Virus record (IMG/VR): IMGVR_UViG_3300042475_004296
Location: 1 to 27,427 of that record
From: a virus
Lineage: Duplodnaviria; Caudoviricetes
Strand: one strand, 5' to 3'
DNA length: 27,427 nt
The position numbers were made by a program, and so were the translations under genes. Below are positions 1 through 8,729 of this stretch, piece after piece (the stretch's first letter is position 1; every line of letters begins with the position of its first letter). The notes under the pieces were generated by a model, which had not been told where the DNA came from, made no database searches, and saw only the letters and a list, made by a program, of their open reading frames with translations.

Positions 1-2190
1 ATGCAATTGAGAAGAACACTGAAGATTATGTTGGTTCTGGATCACTCTTTGGATTCTCCAGTACAACTGAATCTACATCTAATGCTGAGACATCTAAAGA
101 ACTCTTCAGATTCTCTGGTAATGCAGTTGAGAAGAACACTGAAAATTATGTTGGTTCTGGATCACTCTTTGGGTTCTCTAGTACAACAGAATCTTACGGT
201 CCAAATCCAGAAGAACAAGGAGAACTCTTCAGATTCTCTGGTAATGCAGTTGAGAAGAACACTGAAAATTATGTTGGTTCTGGATCACTGTTCGGATTTG
301 TTGGTGCTGCAGAAAGAGTTACCTATCATTACAATGAATCCTCGATAGTTGATATTGAATCTGATGATTATGGATTTATTACAGAGACTCCACTGTTTGG
401 TTCTTCTTGTGATACAATCTCTGATTATTCTGATGAATTAATTAGTACTTATGCCGATGAAATAGTATCCGAGTTTGGTTGTGTTGATGTTGGAACTGAT
501 TATGGATTAGTTGGTGATCAAATTACATATCCATGGCAGCGTGAGGATTACGGATTTATTATTCCAGATGCTCCAAGAAGACCTTACGGTAAGTTTGAAT
601 TTGTAAGTAATACTACTGAGGCATACAGTAAAGGAAATTACACAGGATCTGGAACACTCTTTGGATTCTCTAGTACAACTGAAGCAACCAGTGTACAGGC
701 AGAATCTAAAGGACTCTTTAGAATTTCTGGTAGTGCCGCTGAGTCTACAACACCAACAACTGAAATTGGTTCTGGATCCATCTTTAGCTTTGTATCATTT
801 ACTGAGACTGCTGTATATAATCCACCAGAATCTACAGAACTCTTCAAGATTAATGGTGAAGCATATGTATTAATTGCACCAGATTATCCTGGTAGTGGAA
901 CTATTACAATTAGTGGTGAGGCAAGAATTTATGTCTTACCTAAGCATAATGGTTCTGGATTTATTACTATCTTTGGTAATGGTGCTGAATCCACAACTCC
1001 ACAAACTGAAGTTGGATCTGGTTCTATCTTTACCTTTGTTTCCTTCACTGAAACTGCAGTATTTAATCCAGCAGAATCTACAGAACTCTTTAGAATTACT
1101 GGTTCTGCAATTGAGAAAAGTTCACCAGGACCAGATGGATCTGGAACTATTGAACTTAATGGTTCTGCCACAACCATCTTTAGACTTAAGGTTACTGAAA
1201 CTGGAAGAGAACCAATTAAGGTTACTGGTAATGCTACCGAATCTACAACACCAGCAACTGAGATTGGATCTGGTTCACTCTTCGGATTCTCTAGTACAAC
1301 TGAATCTACTTCTAATGCAGAGACTTCCAAAGAACTCTTTAAGTTCTCTGGAACTGCAGTTGAGAAGAACACTGAGAATTACGTCGGATCTGGTAATGCT
1401 AATATTGAAGGTAGTGCAACTACAATCTTTAGACTCAAAGTTACTGAGACTGGAAGAGAACCAATCAGAATTACTGGTGATGTAATTGAGAAGAATACCG
1501 AATCTTATCTTGGTTCTGGTTCACTCTTTGGATTCTCTAGTACAACTGAATCTACTTCTAATGCTGAGACTTCCAAAGAACTCTTTAAGTTCTCTGGAAC
1601 TGCAACTGAACTTGTTTCTTATAATCCACCAGAAGTTGGTGAATTTATCAAACTTAGTGGAACTGCAGTCGAGAGAAATACTGAATCTTATCTTGGAACT
1701 GGTTCGCTCTTCGGATTCTCTGGTGCATCTGAGTCTATTTCTAATGCCGAGACTTCTAGAGAACTCTTTAGATTCTCTGGTAAAGGTCAAGAATCTACAA
1801 CTCCAGCACCACATATTGGATCTGGTTCTATCTTTACCTTCGTATCATTTACAGAATCAACTTCTGTATCTGAAGTATCTACTGAACTCTTCAGATTCTC
1901 TGGAACTGCTGAAGAAAAGAATACCGAATCTTATATTGGAACTGGTTCACTCTTCGGATTCTCTAGTACAACTGAAGCATCTGGTTCTAATCCTCCAGAA
2001 TCAACAATTCTCTTTAGATTCTCTGGTAAAGGTCAAGAATCTACAACTCCTGCTCCACATGTTGGATCTGGTTCCATCTTTACATTCGTATCCTTCACTG
2101 AGACTAGAAGCGTATCTGAAGTATCTGCTGAACTCTTCAGATTCTCTGGAACTGCCGAAGAGAAGAATACTGAAGCATATAGAGGAACAG
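1..2190 (+). repeat. Degenerate ~120-bp (about 40 aa, two ~20-aa halves) coding tandem repeats
   Basis: Near-identical copies of ATGCA(A/G)TTGAGAAGAACACTGAA(G/A)ATTATGTTGGTTCTGGATCACT at 1, 121 and 244. GSGSLFGFSSTTE, ELFRFSG and GSGSIFTFVSFTE units recur to about 2190, interrupted at about 320-640. Confidence 0.9.
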
Positions 2191-2402
2191 GACTTATTAC
2201 TTCTATTGGAAGTAAGAGTACAACAATATTCAGAGTTAGAGTTATTTCCGATGGTTCTCTCCTCAGAATTAATGGAAATCTTCGTGAAGCATTTGCATAT
2301 GGTTTATATAATGGTTACGATGAAATTCAAATTAGTGGAGAATCTAGAGATAGAAAGATTAAGGCAGAACCTAAGAAGCCACCAAGAATCTATGTAATTT
2401 AA
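3..2402 (+). CDS. 5'-truncated long repetitive Ser/Thr/Gly-rich virion structural (fibre-like) protein, >=799 aa
   Basis: Manual translation of frame +3 is open from base 3 to TAA at 2400-2402 (AIEKNTEDYVGSGSLFGFSSTTESTSNAETSKELFRFSG...KKPPRIYVI*). I read no in-frame ATG/GTG/TTG, which explains its absence from the ORF track. Codon usage resembles the neighbouring structural genes. Confidence 0.9.
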   Translation, partial: AIEKNTEDYVGSGSLFGFSSTTESTSNAETSKELFRFSGNAVEKNTENYVGSGSLFGFSSTTESYGPNPEEQGELFRFSGNAVEKNTENYVGSGSLFGFVGAAERVTYHYNESSIVDIESDDYGFITETPLFGSSCDTISDYSDELISTYADEIVSEFGCVDVGTDYGLVGDQITYPWQREDYGFIIPDAPRRPYGKFEFVSNTTEAYSKGNYTGSGTLFGFSSTTEATSVQAESKGLFRISGSAAESTTPTTEIGSGSIFSFVSFTETAVYNPPESTELFKINGEAYVLIAPDYPGSGTITISGEARIYVLPKHNGSGFITIFGNGAESTTPQTEVGSGSIFTFVSFTETAVFNPAESTELFRITGSAIEKSSPGPDGSGTIELNGSATTIFRLKVTETGREPIKVTGNATESTTPATEIGSGSLFGFSSTTESTSNAETSKELFKFSGTAVEKNTENYVGSGNANIEGSATTIFRLKVTETGREPIRITGDVIEKNTESYLGSGSLFGFSSTTESTSNAETSKELFKFSGTATELVSYNPPEVGEFIKLSGTAVERNTESYLGTGSLFGFSGASESISNAETSRELFRFSGKGQESTTPAPHIGSGSIFTFVSFTESTSVSEVSTELFRFSGTAEEKNTESYIGTGSLFGFSSTTEASGSNPPESTILFRFSGKGQESTTPAPHVGSGSIFTFVSFTETRSVSEVSAELFRFSGTAEEKNTEAYRGTGLITSIGSKSTTIFRVRVISDGSLLRINGNLREAFAYGLYNGYDEIQISGESRDRKIKAEPKKPPRIYVI

Positions 2403-2405
2403 AAA

Positions 2406-2413
2406 TATAAATA
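2406..2413 (+). promoter_or_regulatory. T4-type late promoter (TATAAATA)
   Basis: Exact consensus in the short intergenic gap 25 bp upstream of the ATG at 2439. Confidence 0.85.
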
Positions 2414-2438
2414 ATCTTAAGAATAAATTTCCCTTTTA

Positions 2439-2888
2439 ATGGCAAATACCAAACGAGTACAACTACGTAAGGGGACCGAAACAGAACATGCTTCATTCAC
2501 TGGAGCATTAGCAGAAGTAACTTATGATACAACAAAAGGTGTCATAAGAATGCATGACGGATTAACTACATCTGGATTTGAAGTTCAAAAATCTAGATTA
2601 ACTGAAATTGATTCAGCAACTAATTTAGCTACTAATATAAAGTATTTTACTGATACTTCTGGTGGTCCTTTTACTGTAACATTACCAACATTAAAATATG
2701 TTGGGGATGTTATTCAATTAGCAGATTCCAAATACTATTGGGGTATAAATAATCTTACAGTGAATACTCAAAATAGTGAACAAATAAAAGATAGTACTGG
2801 ATATATTGACGCACCTTTGGTATGTGATGTATCTGGGGCTTATATAGAATTAATTTGGGAAGGAACTTATTGGAGACTGTTCTCATGA
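2439..2888 (+). CDS. Small tail-fibre-associated protein (Mtd/hyaluronidase-type N-terminal motif plus fibre C-terminal domain)
   Basis: The N-terminus VQLRKGTETEHASFTGALAEVTYDT...HDG resembles a common phage fibre N-terminal motif. The C-terminal DTSGGPFTVTLP...GDVIQLAD...NNLTV...WRLF parallels the C-terminus of the 1260-aa protein. Confidence 0.7.
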   Translation: MANTKRVQLRKGTETEHASFTGALAEVTYDTTKGVIRMHDGLTTSGFEVQKSRLTEIDSATNLATNIKYFTDTSGGPFTVTLPTLKYVGDVIQLADSKYYWGINNLTVNTQNSEQIKDSTGYIDAPLVCDVSGAYIELIWEGTYWRLFS

Positions 2889-3250
2889 CAATGCACTTAA
2901 GTAGATCAACTACAACTGGAGAAAAGACAGTAACGCAATCGAACGATTTTATCGTTCATGGATTGCGTAGAGATTCTACTGGAATGCTTTATTACACTAG
3001 AGTCGGTTCCGCGAGTACTGAAGTTGCAGATTTCCATAGAACAGATGGAACTCAATACCCTGGATTTTTGGATGGTGTTGACTATGTGGATGAGATTACG
3101 GAAGAAAAATCCTACCTCAATCATCCAGCAGATAAATACCAACAGTATAGATTTGATTTCCGAGGATTAAATTATTTCATCGATGATGATGGATACCTCG
3201 TCGCCAGAATTAATGGCACTTATGATCATGAAACCCAAGGACCTAAGTAA
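2885..3250 (+). CDS. Hypothetical protein in the structural block, about 121 aa
   Basis: ATG at 2885 overlaps the upstream stop (ATGA coupling) and is preferred over the track's TTG at 2855. It lies between two fibre-like genes. Confidence 0.75.
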   Translation: MTMHLSRSTTTGEKTVTQSNDFIVHGLRRDSTGMLYYTRVGSASTEVADFHRTDGTQYPGFLDGVDYVDEITEEKSYLNHPADKYQQYRFDFRGLNYFIDDDGYLVARINGTYDHETQGPK

Positions 3251-3269
3251 AGAAAGGAATTAAAAAACA

Positions 3270-6200
3270 ATGGCTGATTTTAGATTAGGAAGACTAAAAT
3301 TCAACTGGAGAGGCGACTGGGCACCCAGCACTGCATATGTTATTGATGACATTGTAAAATTTGGTGCAAATACTTATGTTTGTACTACAAACCATACTTC
3401 ATCTTCTTCAGAACAAGTATGGTATTCTGTAGACGCATCAAATTGGTCTTTACATACTGAGGGAGTGCGAAATGTTGGCACTTATACTCCAGGAACTTTT
3501 TACAAGATTAACGATGTAGTTCTTGATGGTAACACACAACGTAGAGTTACCGCAGGAATTGCTACTAATGCTGGTATTGGTACAACAAATACCACATTAT
3601 ATGTTTCTGGATTTAATGGCGAAGGTAATTTTGATCCTGGAGAAATCTATCAATCTGGAGACGTTGTTGTTTTCAGTGGAGTCTCTTATGTTGCAATTAC
3701 AACTTCAACTTTAAGCGTACCACCCCCAGTAGAATTAGGTACAACTTGGAATGTACTTGCTGATGGTATTAGTGCTTCAGGAATTACCACATATGAAGGT
3801 GGTGCAACATATTATAAAGGTGATTTAGTAAGACTTGGTGGTAACACATATAGACTTAATGCAACTTCTGCACAGTATGTAAATCCAGCAATTGGTTCTA
3901 CTATTGGAATTGGATCAACTGTTGTTGGAATTGCAATTACTGCATGGGATTTATTTAATATTGGACTGAGATATGCTGGCACATATTCTTCAACTACCGA
4001 ATATTATGCAAACGACGTTGTAGAATATTCATCGTCCGCATATGTTGGTATTGGAACTACTTCTTTCATTGGAATTGTTCCAGGTACTGACGCAGATATT
4101 TGGGGTGCTTTAGCACTTGGGGATTCAAATGCACTTTTAACTACTAAAGGTGATATTTTAATTCGTGATGCATCTTCTCCAGCGAGACTGGGAATTTCAA
4201 CTATTCCTTATAAGTCTCTTGGTGTAACCACAACAGGAGTTCCTCAATGGATGACCATTGGTGACGCCACACGTATTTACTATGTTGACCCAGAACTTGG
4301 ATCTGATACCTATAATGGTAGCACTCCAGATATGGCATTCAGAACTCTGAAGTATGCCTGCGATAATGCTAGTGCTGTAACTTCAATCACTGGATTCTTA
4401 TATGATGCAGCATCTGGTGTTTCTACAATTACTGCACCATCTCACGGTATTCTTTATCCAAATATCACAATTAGATTAGAAGATGTTGAGTTCGAATGTC
4501 TGAGTGGTGGTAATACTTATAATGTTACTGGATTCCAATATGATGCAACCTCTGGTGTAGGTACAGTTACTGTAGGTGCTGGAATTACTGGACTTCAAAC
4601 CAGTGATGTCATTAGAATGGATGACCTTGAATTTACTTGTCCTGGTGGTTCTGGAATTACGACAACTATCTTCCCAGATGGAACTAGACCAGACGGATAT
4701 AATTACACTGTAACAAATATTATTAGCCCAACTCAATTTGTTGTTAATGTTGGTGTATCCACAATTAACCATATTTATGTATCTGGCGGTACTGTATTTG
4801 TTGGTGTAGATACTACATTCTTCCCAAGAAGTGAAGTTACTTCATACTTCAACGTCGAAGAAATTATCGATAATGATACTATTGTTGTTAATGTTGGTGT
4901 ATCGACAATTAACCACACTTATGTTGGTGGTGGTCATGTAATCAACCTCTCACCTGCTGTTATTAAATTATCTGCATCAGAATTTGCTGAACAACTCCCA
5001 ATTACTGTTCCTGCATTTACTAGCATTGTAGGATCAACTCTGAGAGCATCTAAGATTCGTCCTGCTGCAGGATTATCAACTGACGGTATTACTCCAAATA
5101 ATCGCCAGACAATGTTTAGATTGTCTGATGCGACTACAATTCAAGGTCTAAATGTATCTGGTCTTGTTGGATTTGATTATGATGTAGATAGACCTTATGA
5201 ACTAGAAGCTTCTACTGTTAAAACTGGTGTTGGTACAACTGCTTGTGGTATATTCTTTGCATTTAACCCAGATTCACCAATTCTAAATAAGTCACCTTAT
5301 GTTAAGGATTGTACTTCATTTGGTGAACCCGATCCTAATGGATTTGGTGGTGCTGGTGTTGGTGTTTATATTGATGGTTCATTGCATCAAACTGGTAGTA
5401 AGACCATGGTATTTGATGCATTTACTCATGTATTGAGTGATGGTGCTGGATTTATTCTTGATAATGATGCTGGTGCTGAGATTGTATCTTGCTTTACTTA
5501 CTATTGCCGTTGGGGTTATTACTCTGGTGGTGGTGCTAGAATTCGTTCAGTTGCTGGTAACAATTCATATGGTGATTATGGTGTTATCGCTTCTGGATTC
5601 TCTACTTCAGAAACACCAAGAACAGCAAGAGTATTTGGTGATAGGTCAGATACCGTTGTTGGAACTATAAGCGGAACAATCGGTGTCGGTATGACAATGA
5701 TTGGTCAAACTTCTGGTGCAAGAGCAACCTTTATTAATGACCAAACCAGTGCAGACAGAATTTACTTTAAGTATTGGCCTGGTTATGGTTCTGCTGGTAT
5801 TGGTACTACTTCATTTGTTGATGGGGAATGGGTAACCTTTATTGGTGCTGGTACTACTGGTGCTCTTAGACTTGCCACTGCTACTGGATCTGTATCTGGT
5901 CAGAAGGGTGTTATTATTGAACTCGATCTTGCTGATGGAGATAATCTTCCAGTTGTTGGAGATGCAATTGGATTTACAACTACTGGTATTGGTAGTGACC
6001 GCGTTAATAATCAGCCAAGAAATTATATTATTAATAATGTAACTGGATTTACATCTTCCTTCATTCAACATCGCGGTTATGATGGATTGTCTCCAATTAC
6101 TTATTTTGGTAGAGTAACTGTTACAATTTCTCCAGAAAAAGGTGCTGCATCACCTGACACTCGTGCTGGAATTGGAAGCACTATCACTGATGGTGGTTCA

Positions 6201-7052
6201 TTTGTTCAAGTTAGAACTAAGTTCTCTAATGCACGTTTAACTGGTCACGACTTCTTATCAGTTGGTACTGGTAATAAGACCGAAACTAATTATCCAAATG
6301 TTGATGAAGCAACAGTGCAGCAGGGTAATGAGACTAATACTTTTGGTCCTGGTAAGGTCTTCTATGTATCTACTGACCAAGGTGGTAACTTCCGTGTTGG
6401 TGATCTCTTCGCTGTTAACCAGTTAACTGGTGCTGCTACTCTTGATGCTTCTGCATTCAACCTGTCTGGTCTTACAGAATTGAGACTTGGTTCTCTTGGT
6501 GGTCAGATTGGTGAGGCAATTAATGAGTTCTCATCTGATGAGTCGATGAGTGGTAACTCTAATACCGCATGTCCAACTGAGTTTGCTGTTCGTGGATATC
6601 TCACAAGAGATAAGATGGGTGATGAAGCAATGGTTCCTCCAACAGGAACTACTGCACAAAGACCTAGTGGGGTTGGTTTAATCGAAGGTCAGTTCCGTTA
6701 TAACACTGATCTCAAGACTCCTGAGTATTATGATGGTGTTCAGTGGATTCCTACTGGAAGATGGACAACTGTAGACCTAACTTCTGGTACTACTGCATCA
6801 CCATGGAGAACCTACTTCTGCAATACAAGTGGTGGTGCATTTACTCTAACTCTCCCTGCTTCCCCAATTAAGGGTGATGCAATCAGAGTATTTGACGTTG
6901 CTAATACTTTTGATACTAATAACTTGACAATTGCCAGAAATGGAAAACCAATTGGTGGTCTTGCTGAAAACATGACAATTTCAACAGAAGGTGCGGCATT
7001 TGAATTGGTATTCTTTGATAACACTCAAGGATGGAGAATCTTCACAGTATAA
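3270..7052 (+). CDS. Large tail fibre / virion structural protein, 1260 aa
   Basis: AAGGA RBS. N-terminal repeats of the W/Y-x4-Y-x2-D-(I/V)V type (carbohydrate-binding-like), a YYVDPELGSD...AFRTLKYA motif leading into a beta-helix-like region, a PTGTTAQRP...FRYNTD...EYYDG fibre motif, and Gly/Thr-rich composition. Confidence 0.85.
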   Translation: MADFRLGRLKFNWRGDWAPSTAYVIDDIVKFGANTYVCTTNHTSSSSEQVWYSVDASNWSLHTEGVRNVGTYTPGTFYKINDVVLDGNTQRRVTAGIATNAGIGTTNTTLYVSGFNGEGNFDPGEIYQSGDVVVFSGVSYVAITTSTLSVPPPVELGTTWNVLADGISASGITTYEGGATYYKGDLVRLGGNTYRLNATSAQYVNPAIGSTIGIGSTVVGIAITAWDLFNIGLRYAGTYSSTTEYYANDVVEYSSSAYVGIGTTSFIGIVPGTDADIWGALALGDSNALLTTKGDILIRDASSPARLGISTIPYKSLGVTTTGVPQWMTIGDATRIYYVDPELGSDTYNGSTPDMAFRTLKYACDNASAVTSITGFLYDAASGVSTITAPSHGILYPNITIRLEDVEFECLSGGNTYNVTGFQYDATSGVGTVTVGAGITGLQTSDVIRMDDLEFTCPGGSGITTTIFPDGTRPDGYNYTVTNIISPTQFVVNVGVSTINHIYVSGGTVFVGVDTTFFPRSEVTSYFNVEEIIDNDTIVVNVGVSTINHTYVGGGHVINLSPAVIKLSASEFAEQLPITVPAFTSIVGSTLRASKIRPAAGLSTDGITPNNRQTMFRLSDATTIQGLNVSGLVGFDYDVDRPYELEASTVKTGVGTTACGIFFAFNPDSPILNKSPYVKDCTSFGEPDPNGFGGAGVGVYIDGSLHQTGSKTMVFDAFTHVLSDGAGFILDNDAGAEIVSCFTYYCRWGYYSGGGARIRSVAGNNSYGDYGVIASGFSTSETPRTARVFGDRSDTVVGTISGTIGVGMTMIGQTSGARATFINDQTSADRIYFKYWPGYGSAGIGTTSFVDGEWVTFIGAGTTGALRLATATGSVSGQKGVIIELDLADGDNLPVVGDAIGFTTTGIGSDRVNNQPRNYIINNVTGFTSSFIQHRGYDGLSPITYFGRVTVTISPEKGAASPDTRAGIGSTITDGGSFVQVRTKFSNARLTGHDFLSVGTGNKTETNYPNVDEATVQQGNETNTFGPGKVFYVSTDQGGNFRVGDLFAVNQLTGAATLDASAFNLSGLTELRLGSLGGQIGEAINEFSSDESMSGNSNTACPTEFAVRGYLTRDKMGDEAMVPPTGTTAQRPSGVGLIEGQFRYNTDLKTPEYYDGVQWIPTGRWTTVDLTSGTTASPWRTYFCNTSGGAFTLTLPASPIKGDAIRVFDVANTFDTNNLTIARNGKPIGGLAENMTISTEGAAFELVFFDNTQGWRIFTV

Positions 7053-7060
7053 TAAAATTA

Positions 7061-7092
7061 GGGGGACTAAAGATTAGTCCCCCCTTCTTCTT
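7061..7092 (+). terminator. Probable rho-independent terminator
   Basis: Perfect 10-bp stem GGGGGACTAA-aga-TTAGTCCCCC followed by CTTCTTCTT, 8 bp after the fibre gene stop. Confidence 0.8.
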
Positions 7093-7099
7093 ATAAATA
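7092..7099 (+). promoter_or_regulatory. T4-type late promoter (TATAAATA) for the Cys-rich gene triplet
   Basis: Exact consensus immediately after the terminator and 21 bp before the ATG at 7121. Confidence 0.85.
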
Positions 7100-7120
7100 T
7101 TAGTAATCCAAGTATCAAAA

Positions 7121-7906
7121 ATGGCATCATACGCAAGCTATAAAAAAGTAACTGGGGATCAAATATCTTCCACATCTATTCCAGATTCTAAGTTGGTTTC
7201 TACTGCTTTTAAGAATTATACAGTTCAATGGATTCGTGGATGTTTAGGTGTTTGTACTCCAGGTTGTTGCTGCCTTTGGACTGTTCCTTCTGGTGTAAGA
7301 AGAGTTACATTTGAACTCTGGGGTGCTGGTGGAAATGGTGCTGGTGCATGTTCTAATGGTAGATGTCAGCACTATGCTGGTGCCCAAGGAGGATATTACA
7401 ATATAAAAACAATCTCAGTACAAGATGGGTGGACATATACCATCTGTGCTGGTGGTGTATATCCTTGCAATAGTATTGAATGTAATGGATGTGAAGGATG
7501 CACCACTTATGTAAATGGTTGTGGATTAAGTAATTTTTGTGCTATTGGTGGTTGTGCTGGATGTGCTGACGGTGCTTGGAGCACTGGATGCTTCTCAGAC
7601 TGGGGTAGATGTTGTGTATCTCCTGGTGCATGGGGTGGTGATTTTAGTATGGGTAATCATAGAGGAGGATATCATGCATCTTGGGGTGCTTGCCACTGTT
7701 ATCGTCATATGTTCTGTTCTACAGGTGCTCCATTCTTAGGTGGTGGAAACGTAAATGGCGAAATAACTGAATGTTGGATTCGTTGTGGTTGTTGGAATGT
7801 TCCATATGCTCACGGTGCTCAGAGTGCTATGACCACATATTGTGGTGGTTGTTGTGGACAGGGAGGAACAGGTGGATCTGGTGTCGTCAAAGTTACATAT
7901 TTCTAA
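7121..7906 (+). CDS. Cys/Gly-rich protein, paralog 1 (glycine-rich adhesin-like domain; 28 Cys)
   Basis: The framework WTVPSGV...FELWGAGG.G...GGYY...YTICAGG...GGTGGSGVVKVTYF is typical of phage glycine-rich domains. 28 Cys counted in 261 aa. Confidence 0.85.
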   Translation: MASYASYKKVTGDQISSTSIPDSKLVSTAFKNYTVQWIRGCLGVCTPGCCCLWTVPSGVRRVTFELWGAGGNGAGACSNGRCQHYAGAQGGYYNIKTISVQDGWTYTICAGGVYPCNSIECNGCEGCTTYVNGCGLSNFCAIGGCAGCADGAWSTGCFSDWGRCCVSPGAWGGDFSMGNHRGGYHASWGACHCYRHMFCSTGAPFLGGGNVNGEITECWIRCGCWNVPYAHGAQSAMTTYCGGCCGQGGTGGSGVVKVTYF

Positions 7907-7918
7907 GGAGAATCACTA

Positions 7919-8716
7919 ATGGCAAATTATGCAAGCTATAAAAAAATTGACGGGTCATCATTTGTACAAGGTACATTGGATGAAACTAAATTTGACTCGA
8001 CTGCTAGAAAGACTTTTGGTGTAAAGTGGTTTTATGGTGCCCCAGAAGCTTGTTCACCAGGTTGTTGCTGCCTTTGGTCTGTTCCTTCTGGAGTAACCAA
8101 ACTTTTTATTGAAATGTGGGGTTCTGGTGGAAGTGGAAGTGGTGCATGTTCTTGTAGTAGATGTCACCACTATAGAGGTGCTGGTGGTGGAGCATATAAC
8201 TCTAAAATGATTACTTCTGCCCCTGGATGTCAATATACAGTTTGTGCTGCAGGAAATAGTAATTGCTGCAGATTTGAATGTACTGGATGCTTTGGGTGTA
8301 ATTCATATGTAACTGGATTTAACCTAAGTAATTTTTGTGCAATTGGTGGGTCTCCTGGATGTGCTAATACTGATTGGACAACTCCATGTAACTCTGTTTG
8401 GGATTGTTGTCTACAAGGTGCAAACAATGGTGGTGATTTTGGATATATGAACCATGCTGGTGCTTTTGGTGGTGTTGAATGGTGGTTTGCTGTTGGATTT
8501 TGCCATTGTCATCATCAACAAACTCAACCAACTTCTGCACCATTAATTGGAACTACTGTTCAAACATCTATTAACTTCTGCTGGATGCGTTGTGGTTGTT
8601 GGACAGTTCCTTATGGTCATGGTGGACAAAATGCTATGACTTCTTATTGTGGATCTAGCTGCTGTGGACAGGGTGGAATGGGTGGTCCAGGATTAGTTAA
8701 AATTACATACTTCTAA
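7919..8716 (+). CDS. Cys/Gly-rich protein, paralog 2 (27 Cys)
   Basis: AAGGAG RBS. Colinear with paralogs 1 and 3 (MAxYASYKK, GCCCLW, LSNFCA, CHC, CWxRCGCW). Confidence 0.85.
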   Translation: MANYASYKKIDGSSFVQGTLDETKFDSTARKTFGVKWFYGAPEACSPGCCCLWSVPSGVTKLFIEMWGSGGSGSGACSCSRCHHYRGAGGGAYNSKMITSAPGCQYTVCAAGNSNCCRFECTGCFGCNSYVTGFNLSNFCAIGGSPGCANTDWTTPCNSVWDCCLQGANNGGDFGYMNHAGAFGGVEWWFAVGFCHCHHQQTQPTSAPLIGTTVQTSINFCWMRCGCWTVPYGHGGQNAMTSYCGSSCCGQGGMGGPGLVKITYF

Positions 8717-8729
8717 GGGGTAAAGACAC

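Noticed and set aside
1-300. ~120-bp periodic repeats as a possible CRISPR array
   Set aside because: The repeats are in-frame, degenerate at third positions and lack unique spacers, and no cas genes are present.
1-2397. Leu-rich frame +1 ORFs (1-348, 661-873, 874-1485, 1486-2397) and minus-strand ORFs (638-847, 929-1372, 1521-1814)
   Set aside because: Shadow frames of the continuous frame +3 repeat gene. Their composition follows from its codon bias.
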